From contig CAVYHJ010000006.1 of assembly GCA_963768165.1 (NCBI GenBank), forward strand, positions 20,711 through 84,710: a stretch of DNA of 64,000 nt, read 5' to 3'. Below, piece after piece: positions 1-9,652 of this stretch. The stretch is from an uncultured bacterium (GTDB lineage: Bacteria; UBP4; UBA4092). Position 1 is the first letter of the stretch, and every line of letters begins with the position of its first letter. The translations under genes and the position numbers were made by a program. The notes beneath the pieces were generated by a model that saw only the letters and a program-made list of their open reading frames with translations, searched no databases and was not told the origin of the DNA.

Positions 1-45
1 TCAGAACTTGACAAACCCATTGTCCAACAAGAAGTCCTTAAAGAA

Positions 46-2481
46 ATGTCATCCCTTCCTTCGGTCAAAGAAACAAAAAACGCCTTACCCCCCATAGTAA
101 CATCACCAGCAAAATCACAAACCTATTCCATGGATCTGGAGGCGAAAATTGGAGGAAATTGGCTTAGCAAAATTGGAATCTTAACCTTATTTTTAGGATT
201 GGCATTTCTATTTCAATATGCCTATCAACATTCCTGGATTAGTGAAACCACCCGAGTCGTCATTGGGATATTAACCGGATTGGTCCTTTTAAGTCTGGGG
301 GAATATTTCCATAATAAAAATAAATATATTCCTTATGCGCGAGTCATGACCGGCGGTGGGATTGCGGTCCTTTATTTATCCTTTTACGCAGCTTATGGCT
401 TTTATCACTTAATAGCCATCTACCCGGCACTGGGTCTAATGTTGTTGACTACGCTAACAGCCCTGTTCTTCTCCATTCGATATAACACGGAGATTAATGC
501 TGTCATTGGAGTACTTGGTGCTTATTTGACACCCGTATTACTGAAGGCTGGGATGAATGATGTTTATCTCTACTTGTCCTATAGTTTCATCCTAACCTTT
601 GGAATTCTTTTGCTTTGTTATTGGAAGAAATGGAAATATACCCTGGTATTGGGAATTTTTGGCGGATACCTTCTCCCCATCTATCTACTCTCTGATTCAG
701 CACAATACTTAATTCCCATTCTGGCTTATTATTTAGTAGTTAGCGCCGGAGTCTTCTGGGTCACGGCTTCCTGTGAATGGGAGGAAATCTCGTGTCTGGG
801 AGTCCTCGGTGGTTATCTGGTTCCCCCAATTCTATTGACCAATACAACCCATCCCCATCCACCGGTATTCATTCTTTCCTTTTACCTCATCATTACGGCA
901 GGAGTATCCCTTTTTACCCAAATTCGCAAATGGCAGATATTTTCCTGGATAGGAATATTCCTGGCGTACCTGGTCCCCGCTTATTTGTTGCGGGAACAAA
1001 CCCAGGATTCTCAAATCATCCTTCTCTATTATTTCCTGACCACGGCTGGAATCCAGGGGATGGCTTATTTTCGAAAATGGCAGGATTTGTCGGTCATGGC
1101 AACGTTGGGTGGATTCCTTGTTCCCGCCTTCTTGTTTTTTGATGTGCCTTTGGACAATGTCCATATTCTAATCTATTTTGGTCTCCTAACCTTGATTTCC
1201 TATTTGGTTTCAGCACAAAAGGATTGGTTTGGGATAGCAGTACTGGGAGTTATTGGAGGATACCTGGGACCTTTATTTTTAACACCTCATTACAATTATC
1301 ATTCGGAAAATTTCCCATATTTTCTAATCCTTACATTACTTAGTATCGGGTTGGGAGTATACCGGGGATGGCAGCCGATGATTTATTTGGCCTATGTATT
1401 CACCTCTATTTCTGTTTTTGCTTGGGGACAGCAACACTATCTTAAATCCCTGCTGGGAATCACGGAGACCTGGCTGGTTATCTTCTTCTTGATACAGCAT
1501 ATCGGTACATCCTTGAATTCTCTGATCCAGAAAATGAAACTCACGGAATGGGGTATTTTTATCCAACTACTTATCGCCGCCAGCTATTTCTCGCCCACTT
1601 ATTGGATGTTGAAACCGGACTATCCTTATTGGCCGGGGTATATTGCCATTATCCTGATTGGATTTTATTTATTGAATGCCCTAATCGCTCAGAAACGGAA
1701 TCAGGGGGATATTCTATTATTATGGAATCAAATTGGGTTGGCATCGGTATTCGCCGCATTAGCCATTCCCATTTTACTGGATCAACAATGGATTACACTC
1801 GGGTGGGCAATGGAAGCGGTTATCCTCACCTGGATTGGATTAAAAGGGAAAAATGTCTATCTGCGGACAGGAGGTCTGGTATTACTGGCGGGCGTGGTCG
1901 TGCGATTGTTTTTCTATGACCGGATTGACATTTACTATCCACATAAAGATTTCGTGCTCATCTTCAATCGCCGTTTCTTGGCATTCCTTTCCGGCATTCT
2001 GTCGTCGTACGGAATTTTATATTTAATCCAGAAGAATAAAACAATTGTAGAGAAATCTGAAAAAGTTGGGATTTCTCTAGGCTTGGCAATACTTGCCAAT
2101 ATACTCACCCTCTGGGTATTCAGCGTCGAAATCCTCGATTTCATTGACGCAAAATATGGATTTTGGTTGTTAAATCCTGAAAAAGTCAATGATTTATGGA
2201 TGATGAAACAAATGGCGTTGTCCTGTCTCTGGGCAGTTTATTCCATTCTCCTGGTCACTCTCGGCATGTGGAAAAGACAAACGTTTCCAAGAATCTTTGC
2301 CATCGCTTTATTCGGAATCACCATTCTGAAAGTATTCTTGATGGATTTAAGTTCCCTGACCGGCTTCCCCCGGATACTTTCCTTTATCGTACTGGGCTTG
2401 ATCTTATTACTGGTTTCCTACATGTATCAGAGATTTCAGGAAAAATTAAAAGTATTTCTAACTCGAGAAAATAATATATAA
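46..2481 (+). CDS. DUF2339-like polytopic membrane protein with six internal ~49-aa repeats
   Basis: N-terminal 'LEAKIGGNWLSKIGILTLFLGLAFLFQYAY' and C-terminal 'KVFLMDLSSLTGFPRILSFIVLGLILLLVSYMYQRF' are typical of DUF2339; about 20 hydrophobic segments. Confidence 0.8.
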   Translation: MSSLPSVKETKNALPPIVTSPAKSQTYSMDLEAKIGGNWLSKIGILTLFLGLAFLFQYAYQHSWISETTRVVIGILTGLVLLSLGEYFHNKNKYIPYARVMTGGGIAVLYLSFYAAYGFYHLIAIYPALGLMLLTTLTALFFSIRYNTEINAVIGVLGAYLTPVLLKAGMNDVYLYLSYSFILTFGILLLCYWKKWKYTLVLGIFGGYLLPIYLLSDSAQYLIPILAYYLVVSAGVFWVTASCEWEEISCLGVLGGYLVPPILLTNTTHPHPPVFILSFYLIITAGVSLFTQIRKWQIFSWIGIFLAYLVPAYLLREQTQDSQIILLYYFLTTAGIQGMAYFRKWQDLSVMATLGGFLVPAFLFFDVPLDNVHILIYFGLLTLISYLVSAQKDWFGIAVLGVIGGYLGPLFLTPHYNYHSENFPYFLILTLLSIGLGVYRGWQPMIYLAYVFTSISVFAWGQQHYLKSLLGITETWLVIFFLIQHIGTSLNSLIQKMKLTEWGIFIQLLIAASYFSPTYWMLKPDYPYWPGYIAIILIGFYLLNALIAQKRNQGDILLLWNQIGLASVFAALAIPILLDQQWITLGWAMEAVILTWIGLKGKNVYLRTGGLVLLAGVVVRLFFYDRIDIYYPHKDFVLIFNRRFLAFLSGILSSYGILYLIQKNKTIVEKSEKVGISLGLAILANILTLWVFSVEILDFIDAKYGFWLLNPEKVNDLWMMKQMALSCLWAVYSILLVTLGMWKRQTFPRIFAIALFGITILKVFLMDLSSLTGFPRILSFIVLGLILLLVSYMYQRFQEKLKVFLTRENNI

Positions 2482-2493
2482 GGAGGATAAATC

Positions 2494-3876
2494 ATGGAAG
2501 AAAAGAAAAAAGCAGTTTCCTTAAAAACCTTGCAGTGGTTAATGCAAGAGATTGACTTATGGAGAACAGAAGGAGTCGTGAGTCCGGAACAGGCGGGACT
2601 GTTACAGACACGCTATCGGACGCAGTACGAATCTTTGGAAAAGGGACGACCGGATTTAATGACAACCGTCATCTCCATCATCGGTGCTCTGCTGATTGGC
2701 TTGGGGGTCATCCTGTTTTTTGCCTATAACTGGGATAAGATACCCCGTGAAGTCCGCATGGGAACGATATTGGGAGTAATGGTCATTGCCTATCTTGTAG
2801 GATATTTTGTGCGTGAACGTTTCCCTGCCTATCGCACTTTGGGAGAAGCCGCCCTTTTCCTAGGAGCGATATTATTTGGTTCCGGCATTTGGCTCATCGC
2901 GCAAATGTATAATATCAATTCCCATTACCCTAACGGGTTTCTCTTTTGGGCTATCGGTGCGATTGCCGTCTCTTATGTGACCCAAGCCGTATCCGTGAAT
3001 ATGTTGGCATCCGTTCTACTGGTTGCCTGGACATGCACCGAATCGTTCGGATTCGATCATGCCAATCTTTGGTATTTCCCTGCGGTTACTATCGGAATAT
3101 TCCCCTTTATTTATCAAACCAAATCACGGTACGCATTGACGGTGGCTCTCAGCGCTATCATTATTGGATTTATAGGGAATATAAATGGTCCCCCATACAA
3201 TTTATTTTACCTTTTACTCTACCAATATATCGGATTGGGCTGTATTCTCTTTCTGGCAGGAATGTTGCATTACCAAAAAGATTTAGAGAATACTTTTTCC
3301 CGAATTTATATCCGCATGAGTTTGAGAATTCTGGTCATCACGTTATTCATCGCTACCTTTTATGACCTGCACAAAGAGATATCTCATTATGCAGATAAAA
3401 TTCCTCTTTCTAGTGTTTGGATAGAGACGGGAATAGTGATCATAGGAGCTATTTTACTGTTCTATAACTGGGCAAAGAGCCGCTCTATCAATTGGATTCA
3501 AGATCCTTGGACTTCCAAATTGGTTTTAGGATTCCCACTAATACTCTTGTTGGCAACCGCCACACCCTTTCTGTTAAAGACAAATTACAGCGATACCATT
3601 GCTCTGCTCTTGGCTATATTTTGGAATGTCGTATATCTCGCGTTCGCCTTGGCTTTACTATACACCGGACAACAGCGCAATAAATTGTCCCTCCTGTACA
3701 CCGGCAGCCTGGTTCTGGTCTTGCTAACCATCGGACGCTATTTCGATTTTGGACATGACCGCCTGGAACGTTCCCTGTATTTTGTGATTGCCGGTGCCCT
3801 CTTTATTTATTATGCTTTTTGGCTGGCAAAAAAACGTAAAGTAATTCGCAGTATTCGAAAGGAGGTTCTCTCATGA
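2494..3876 (+). CDS. DUF2157-domain membrane protein
   Basis: 'WLMQEIDLWRTEGVVSPEQA', 'GLGVILFFAYNWDKIP' and 'LIAQMYNI' motifs; RBS GGAGG upstream. Confidence 0.8.
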   Translation: MEEKKKAVSLKTLQWLMQEIDLWRTEGVVSPEQAGLLQTRYRTQYESLEKGRPDLMTTVISIIGALLIGLGVILFFAYNWDKIPREVRMGTILGVMVIAYLVGYFVRERFPAYRTLGEAALFLGAILFGSGIWLIAQMYNINSHYPNGFLFWAIGAIAVSYVTQAVSVNMLASVLLVAWTCTESFGFDHANLWYFPAVTIGIFPFIYQTKSRYALTVALSAIIIGFIGNINGPPYNLFYLLLYQYIGLGCILFLAGMLHYQKDLENTFSRIYIRMSLRILVITLFIATFYDLHKEISHYADKIPLSSVWIETGIVIIGAILLFYNWAKSRSINWIQDPWTSKLVLGFPLILLLATATPFLLKTNYSDTIALLLAIFWNVVYLAFALALLYTGQQRNKLSLLYTGSLVLVLLTIGRYFDFGHDRLERSLYFVIAGALFIYYAFWLAKKRKVIRSIRKEVLS

Positions 3877-4451
3877 TTCGCCGTGTATCTTTTTTCATTG
3901 TCGTGCTTTTACAAGTGGTATTTTTAATCGGGATGGTCGCCTATCACCAGAAACAACTGGATACCGGATTCCCGGTGCGGTTGGAAGTCCTTCCGATTGA
4001 CCCCGATGACCTCATGCGCGGAGAATATGTCCGGTTGGGGTATAAGATGTCCAACTTGGATTTAACTCAGATACCTCACGATGCCGGGTCGTACGACAAG
4101 GGTTCAACCATTTATATCCTATTAAATCGGGACACCCAACTGGATTCAGTGCTATGGATTCCCAAGGCGGTTCGTAAATCACAACCCACATCGTCTGAAT
4201 TTCCCTTTATCAAAGGTCAGATTCAATGGAGTAATCAATGGTCTACGCCCACCTCCAGGAATTTTCAAGTGAACACGGATTATAGCATCGGGCAATATTA
4301 CGTTCAGGAAGGGCGCGCCAAAGAAATTCAGGCGGTGATTGGTAATTGGACTCAATCCACCTCCCGCCATGTGTCCGTGGAAGTACGTTTGGCAAAAGAT
4401 GGGACTCCAGCAATTGCTAAATTATTTGTTGATAATAAGGAATTTAGATAA
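3873..4451 (+). CDS. GDYXXLXY-family protein
   Basis: 'PIDPDDLMRGEYVRLGY' motif, N-terminal TM helix, 'YYVQEG' and 'VEVRLAKDG'; 4-bp ATGA overlap with the upstream gene. Confidence 0.85.
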   Translation: MIRRVSFFIVVLLQVVFLIGMVAYHQKQLDTGFPVRLEVLPIDPDDLMRGEYVRLGYKMSNLDLTQIPHDAGSYDKGSTIYILLNRDTQLDSVLWIPKAVRKSQPTSSEFPFIKGQIQWSNQWSTPTSRNFQVNTDYSIGQYYVQEGRAKEIQAVIGNWTQSTSRHVSVEVRLAKDGTPAIAKLFVDNKEFR

Positions 4452-4480
4452 AATGATACCGCATTAATAATACATTAGTT

Positions 4481-6100
4481 ATGGTTTCACAAGATATAAA
4501 ACCACAAATTCCTTTACCCGTCCCCTGCTGGCTGCAGGAATTGGGGAAATGTGTCAAAGGGTATGAAGGGCGGTTTTTGTCCAAGGTGGAGCATTGTTTA
4601 CCTTGCGACGTGTTTATTCAAGCCGCGCAAACCTCAGGAATATCCACTTCTGACTTTCTCGTTCAACAATTGCATATCTACGACCAACAGATTATGCGGA
4701 AACTGGAAGAGGTCAGACGTACATTGAAGGCGGACGTGGATGAACTCTCGGTACTCTTGGAAATCAGTACCGCCATGCAGGCGACTTCGGCTTTGGATGA
4801 AACTCTTTTCATCATATTAAGTGGATTGACCGCAGGATTTGCTCTGGGATTTAACCGCGCTTCGCTATTTTTAGTAGATGAACCGAAAAAAGAACTATAC
4901 GGGAAACTGGGAGTCGGGCCTGCTAGTGGTGAAGAAGCTCATCGCATTTGGTCGGAAATGTCTCATCAGCGAATTTCCCTTTCACGGATGACTACTCCTG
5001 AAGCCATCGCGGCATCCAAAACTTCTGCTATGACACAACTCACACAAAAAATTCGTGTCCCTATAGCGGCAGGAAAGGGCATTATGGCGACTACAGTTCT
5101 TGAAAAAAAACCGTTCCACATCAAAGATGCTTATAATGATCCCCGTATTAATAAGGAGATCCTTCAATTCTTCACAGCACGTACTTTTGCTACCATTCCT
5201 TTATTGGCGAAAGACAAAGTCGTGGGAGTTATTTACGTAGATAATATTTATACCAACGACCCTATCAAAGATGAAGATATGCAATCCTTGTCCCGGTTTG
5301 CGGCATTGGCAGGTTTAGCTATAGCCGAAGCCCAGGCCTATGAACGAATCGAACACTTTACCGAGGAATTATCTGCCGAAGTTGCCAGAGCAAAAGCAGA
5401 ATTGCGGGCCACAGAAAAAGAACTGGCACATCAGGAAAAATTAGCCGCTTTGGGTGAGATGGCTGCCGGGGTCGCTCATGAATTACGCAACCCCATGACC
5501 GCGGTAAAAGGGTTTGCACAACGCATATACCGAAAATTACCGGAAGGAGATTCCAATAAAAAATATGCTTCCATTATTGTAGAAGAAATGGACCGAATAA
5601 ACTGGTTAATCAAAGATGTTCTGGATTTTGCCCGAAAACCGAACCCTGTTTTCACTCCCAGTGATATTCACAAGATTCTGGAAGATGTTCTGTTTATGTT
5701 TAAAGAGAATTTCATAAAATTATCCATTCGAATTAATAAACAATTTGGAGATGTCCCGGAATTTGCTTTTGATGAAGACCAGATTAAGCAAGTGTTTACG
5801 AATATTATCGGAAATGCCATTGATGTTATGGAGGAAGGGGGAACGTTAACCCTGCGGACACAACATGACGATAAATGGGTTTATATAAATATCCAGGATA
5901 CCGGGCCGGGTATATGGCCGGAAATTTTAAAAGATATTTTTAATCCTTTTTTTACCACCAAAGCCACGGGAACCGGTTTGGGTCTCTCCAATGCCCACCG
6001 GTTGGTTGAGATGCACGGCGGGGATATCGTGGTAGACTCTCGTGTTGGACAAGGAAGCATATTTACTGTTAAACTTCCTTATCGGAGGATAATGAGCTAA
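4481..6100 (+). CDS. GAF-domain sensor histidine kinase (NtrB-like) with Cys-rich N-terminus
   Basis: H-box 'AHELRNPMT', N-box 'NIIGNAIDVM', G1 'DTGPGI', F-box 'FNPFFTTK', G2 'GTGLGL'; GAF segment 'PLLAKDKVVGVIYVDN'. Confidence 0.92.
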   Translation: MVSQDIKPQIPLPVPCWLQELGKCVKGYEGRFLSKVEHCLPCDVFIQAAQTSGISTSDFLVQQLHIYDQQIMRKLEEVRRTLKADVDELSVLLEISTAMQATSALDETLFIILSGLTAGFALGFNRASLFLVDEPKKELYGKLGVGPASGEEAHRIWSEMSHQRISLSRMTTPEAIAASKTSAMTQLTQKIRVPIAAGKGIMATTVLEKKPFHIKDAYNDPRINKEILQFFTARTFATIPLLAKDKVVGVIYVDNIYTNDPIKDEDMQSLSRFAALAGLAIAEAQAYERIEHFTEELSAEVARAKAELRATEKELAHQEKLAALGEMAAGVAHELRNPMTAVKGFAQRIYRKLPEGDSNKKYASIIVEEMDRINWLIKDVLDFARKPNPVFTPSDIHKILEDVLFMFKENFIKLSIRINKQFGDVPEFAFDEDQIKQVFTNIIGNAIDVMEEGGTLTLRTQHDDKWVYINIQDTGPGIWPEILKDIFNPFFTTKATGTGLGLSNAHRLVEMHGGDIVVDSRVGQGSIFTVKLPYRRIMS

Positions 6101-6154
6101 TTTACATTCCAGTAACACAATGCCCTTTACAATAACATTAGAGGAGTAACAATT

Positions 6155-6544
6155 ATGTCGACTATTTTGGTTGTGGATGATGAAAAAAATATCCGCCTTT
6201 TATTTGAAGAAGAATTGAAAGAAGCGGGATATACTGTCTTGACAGCGGAGAACGGTGAAGAAGCATTAAAGATATTTAAAAAAAATAGCCCTGATTTGAT
6301 TTTATTAGACTTGAAAATGCCCGGTTTACATGGAGTGGCAACTCTCGAGAAAATCAGGGAATTGGATAAAATCGTTCCGGTGGTTGTCGTTACAGCTCAT
6401 GGAGCCGGTCGACCTGTCCAAAAATCACAGACTGAATATGCCATTAAAGAAAAACAATTGAACATTGCAGATTATATTACCAAGCCCGTGGATATGGAAG
6501 AGTTGGTTTCTAAAATTCAGGTATTAATCGGTTCTCCCAAATAA
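6155..6544 (+). CDS. Single-domain response regulator (receiver)
   Basis: 'ILVVDDE', 'LLDLKMPG', 'VVTAHG', 'YITKPVD'. Confidence 0.92.
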   Translation: MSTILVVDDEKNIRLLFEEELKEAGYTVLTAENGEEALKIFKKNSPDLILLDLKMPGLHGVATLEKIRELDKIVPVVVVTAHGAGRPVQKSQTEYAIKEKQLNIADYITKPVDMEELVSKIQVLIGSPK

Positions 6545-6568
6545 TAATCGTTCAATGAAAATTTATTA

Positions 6569-6597
6569 TTGACAGTCTTAATAAATCGGGATAAAGT
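6569..6597 (+). promoter_or_regulatory. Putative sigma70 promoter for the carD-like gene
   Basis: TTGACA (6569-6574), 17-bp spacer, TAAAGT (6592-6597), 40 bp upstream of the ATG. Confidence 0.45.
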
Positions 6598-6636
6598 TAA
6601 TTAGTAGAACATAATATTCATATATCAGGAGCATCC

Positions 6637-7179
6637 ATGTTTAATATTGGTGATCAAGTCGTTCATAAAACTCACGGTGCCGGGGTCATTACCGGAATCG
6701 AAGAAAAAACTATTGATGGTGAATTACTTAAATTCCTAAGAGTTCATTTGACCTTAAAAGAAGGGGATATTTTAATTCCTTGCAATGCAGGAGTTTCAGC
6801 AGGATTGCGAAAAGCTGTGGATGAAGAGGGGATTAATCAACTGGAAGAAATTCTAGGAGGAAGAAAACAGGTGGTTCCGAAAGGGGCGGATGGTACACCG
6901 CCGGACTCGATTGCCCTAATCGAGACCAATGACCCATTCCAAATTGCCCAGGCTATCCGCGCTTTAACGGATGAAAGTAAATCAGAAAAGTTTGAAAAAA
7001 TGGAAAAAGATTTGTTGAGTGCCGCTCGGATGAAATTGGCGAGTGAATTGATGTTGGCTAAAGATCTCTCGAAGGCTGCCGCTTTATCTTTTATTAACCG
7101 CTCCATTCATGGAACGGAAAAATTTATGAAAGCAGCCCGGAAACGCCGCAAGAAAATTGCCAAAGCCAAAGAAGCTTGA
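6637..7179 (+). CDS. carD: CarD/CdnL-family RNA polymerase-binding regulator (atypical C-terminal domain)
   Basis: 'FNIGDQVVHKTHGAGVITGIEEK...ILIP...GLRK' is the CarD RID domain; helical C-terminal domain. Confidence 0.8.
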   Translation: MFNIGDQVVHKTHGAGVITGIEEKTIDGELLKFLRVHLTLKEGDILIPCNAGVSAGLRKAVDEEGINQLEEILGGRKQVVPKGADGTPPDSIALIETNDPFQIAQAIRALTDESKSEKFEKMEKDLLSAARMKLASELMLAKDLSKAAALSFINRSIHGTEKFMKAARKRRKKIAKAKEA

Positions 7180-7181
7180 TT

Positions 7182-7835
7182 TTATTCCTCTATCTCTTCC
7201 GGCTCAATCTTTCCAAGGTTGCGATGGACTGTTTCCTGTATGACCTCCGGTGAAAATCCTTTTTGCGCCAAATATTGATAGATTTTCCTTTTTCTGACGC
7301 GTGGATCCCTTTCTTTACTGTACATTTTTTTCTTTAGCAAAGCTTTTTCTGCTAAAATCATCTGGTCGTCTGTAGACTGGAGTGACTTCAATAACTCTGT
7401 AATTAATTCCCTGTCAATTCCCTTGCGTAACAACTCTTGCCGAAGAACGACTGGACCACGAGGGCGGTGGGCGATTCTGTCTTCAATCCAGGACTGGGCA
7501 AACTCTGAGTCATTAAGAAGTTTTTTTGACTCCAAATCCGCAATTAATTTCTCAGTGATAAAAGTTTCATAGCCCTTTTGGGTCAGCTTGGCGCGGATCT
7601 CATGGCACGTATAAAGCCGGCGGGATAAAAGATTTAAAACGTATTGCCGCGCTCGTGAATAGTCTTCCCGTACAACAAGTTCTTTCAAATCCTTTGGGTC
7701 AATCTCCTGCCCCTCTTTTAATCTGGCGTGATAGAGAACTTCCTCATCCAGTCCTAGAAAAAATTCATTATCTACATAGATTGAATACCGTCTCGTTCGG
7801 CGCTTTTGAGGAGTAATGGACGTTATTACTGGCAT
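7182..7835 (-). CDS. recX: Regulatory protein RecX
   Basis: Directly downstream of recA; 'LLNDSEFAQSWI', 'RGPVVLRQELLRKGI', 'YLAQKGFS'. Confidence 0.92.
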   Translation of the reverse strand: MPVITSITPQKRRTRRYSIYVDNEFFLGLDEEVLYHARLKEGQEIDPKDLKELVVREDYSRARQYVLNLLSRRLYTCHEIRAKLTQKGYETFITEKLIADLESKKLLNDSEFAQSWIEDRIAHRPRGPVVLRQELLRKGIDRELITELLKSLQSTDDQMILAEKALLKKKMYSKERDPRVRKRKIYQYLAQKGFSPEVIQETVHRNLGKIEPEEIEE

Positions 7836-7848
7836 TTGAATAGATTAT

Positions 7849-7876
7849 GTAGAGACGTAACATGTTACGTCTCTAC
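7849..7876. repeat. Perfect 28-bp palindrome GTAGAGACGTAACATGTTACGTCTCTAC (REP-like), copy 1
   Basis: Self-complementary; lies in the recA-recX spacer; identical copy at 32684-32711, variants at 39404-39431 and 17459-17487. Confidence 0.9.
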
Positions 7877-7901
7877 AATAAGATTGCAGAATGGAAATGT
7901 A

Positions 7902-8954
7902 TTACGACTCGGCTTCGGTTTCACTTTTCTTGGATATAAAATTTAATCCAAGCTTTTCCCGTAATTTCTTTTCAATATCAGAAGAAATATCAGGATTATC
8001 TTTCAGGAATTTACGCGCATTTTCCCGGCCCTGGCCTAATCTTTCATTCCCGTATGAAAACCAGGTTCCGCTCTTTTCAATTAATTTTTCATTGCACGCC
8101 AAATCCAAAATATCTCCTTCTTTGGAAATTCCTTCTCCATAAAGAATGTCAAATTCAGCTTCTTTAAAGGGTGGAGCGACTTTATTTTTGACGACTTTGA
8201 CTTTAGTCCGGCTGCCGATTACATTTTCCCCTTCACGAATCGTTGTCACCCGGCGAATATCCAACCGCACGGACGAATAAAATTTCAACGCCCGTCCTCC
8301 GGGTGTGGTTTCGGGATTACCGAACATGACACCTATTTTCTCACGAATCTGGTTGATGAAAATCACACAGGTTTTGGATTTGCTGATGGCAGAAGTTAAT
8401 TTTCTCAATGCCTGCGACATCAGCCGGGCTTGCAATCCCATGTGTGAATCCCCCATTTCCCCTTCAATTTCCGCTTGGGGAACTAACGCGGCGACCGAGT
8501 CAATGACGACAACATCCACGGCATTACTGCGAACCAGGGTTTCTACAATTTCCAATGCCTGTTCTCCGGTATCCGGTTGGGAAAGCCAGAGATTGTCGAG
8601 GTCAACGCCAAGAAGCTTGGAATAGGACGGGTCAAGAGCATGTTCTGCATCCACAAACGCTGCAATTCCACCCATCTTTTGAACCTGCGCAATAATTTGC
8701 AAAGAAAGAGTGGTTTTACCGGAAGATTCCGGACCAAAAATTTCTACGACCCGGCCTCGTGGAACACCGCCAATTCCCAAGGCATAATCCAGTGAAATTG
8801 ATCCGGTGGGAATTGCCGGAATTTCCAAATGAGCGCTGGATTCACCTAGTCGCATGATCGCGCCTTTGCCAAACTGCCGTTCAATTTGAGCGACGGCCAA
8901 TTCCAAAGCTTTACTCTTTTGAGTTTGTGTTTTACTATCCATTACTTGTGCCAT
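7902..8954 (-). CDS. recA: Recombinase A
   Basis: Walker A 'GPESSGKTT', '[10 protein letters not shown]', '[19 protein letters not shown]'. Confidence 0.99.
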   Translation of the reverse strand: MAQVMDSKTQTQKSKALELAVAQIERQFGKGAIMRLGESSAHLEIPAIPTGSISLDYALGIGGVPRGRVVEIFGPESSGKTTLSLQIIAQVQKMGGIAAFVDAEHALDPSYSKLLGVDLDNLWLSQPDTGEQALEIVETLVRSNAVDVVVIDSVAALVPQAEIEGEMGDSHMGLQARLMSQALRKLTSAISKSKTCVIFINQIREKIGVMFGNPETTPGGRALKFYSSVRLDIRRVTTIREGENVIGSRTKVKVVKNKVAPPFKEAEFDILYGEGISKEGDILDLACNEKLIEKSGTWFSYGNERLGQGRENARKFLKDNPDISSDIEKKLREKLGLNFISKKSETEAES

Positions 8955-9031
8955 AATTTACATTCTCCTTTTGAAAAAATACATAATTTACCCATGGACT
9001 ACACTCTCCATTTCCCCACTTTAGATACATT

Positions 9032-9060
9032 AGCCTATTGTGTTTCAGGTTATCTGTCAA
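9032..9060 (-). promoter_or_regulatory. Putative sigma70 promoter upstream of recA
   Basis: Minus strand TTGACA (9060-9055), 17-bp spacer, TAGGCT (9037-9032); weak -10. Confidence 0.35.
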
Positions 9061-9099
9061 GCAGAAAATTGACTATAGAAGAATAAAGCCTTGTTCCCT

Positions 9100-9639
9100 T
9101 TATTTCAAGAAGGGAACCAAGGTTGGAATGGACTCCAGTTTTGAGACATAGGCTGGACTTAAATTTTCCATGCGAGCGCCCTCAATAATGATTTTGAGAT
9201 ATTCTTCGGATGGCTTTAAGTCCGGCTGGCACCGTTCCTCCGAGACATAAAACAGTTTCACACGATGCACCGGCGCTCGATCATAAAGATATACTGTTAT
9301 CGGATCGTCATATTCCTCATAAAGACCGGGAACCCCATTTTTCCTTTTTATAACCCAATAATCTTCATCAAGAATATTATAGAGAACCCCGTGCAATAAA
9401 CCCTCGGGTTGAGGATGCACATTCGCTATACCACAATTATATTCCTCGGAATAATGGTCAAAGGTAAGTTTAAAATCTTTCAAGATTGCCGGTTGTTTGG
9501 ATAGAATTCGAATATGCCGTATCTTATGCAATTCGCACCAATCACCTAAATCTTTTAGATTGATATTCGTGCCGTAAGCAAAATAGTACATATATGAACC
9601 TTTGCTAGCCAAATGATAATACTCCGATTGCACATACAA
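9100..9639 (-). CDS. Gamma-glutamylcyclotransferase family protein
   Basis: 'YYFAYGTNIN', 'GIANV', 'HGVLY', 'PSEEYLKIIIEGA'; true start may be the second Met (MYYFAYG). Confidence 0.85.
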   Translation of the reverse strand: MYVQSEYYHLASKGSYMYYFAYGTNINLKDLGDWCELHKIRHIRILSKQPAILKDFKLTFDHYSEEYNCGIANVHPQPEGLLHGVLYNILDEDYWVIKRKNGVPGLYEEYDDPITVYLYDRAPVHRVKLFYVSEERCQPDLKPSEEYLKIIIEGARMENLSPAYVSKLESIPTLVPFLK

Positions 9640-9652
9640 GTCAAGTACTTAA

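Noticed and set aside
8955-9095. LexA/SOS box upstream of recA
   Set aside because: No match to the known CTGT-N8-ACAG or GAAC-N4-GTTC boxes; another lineage-specific box cannot be excluded.
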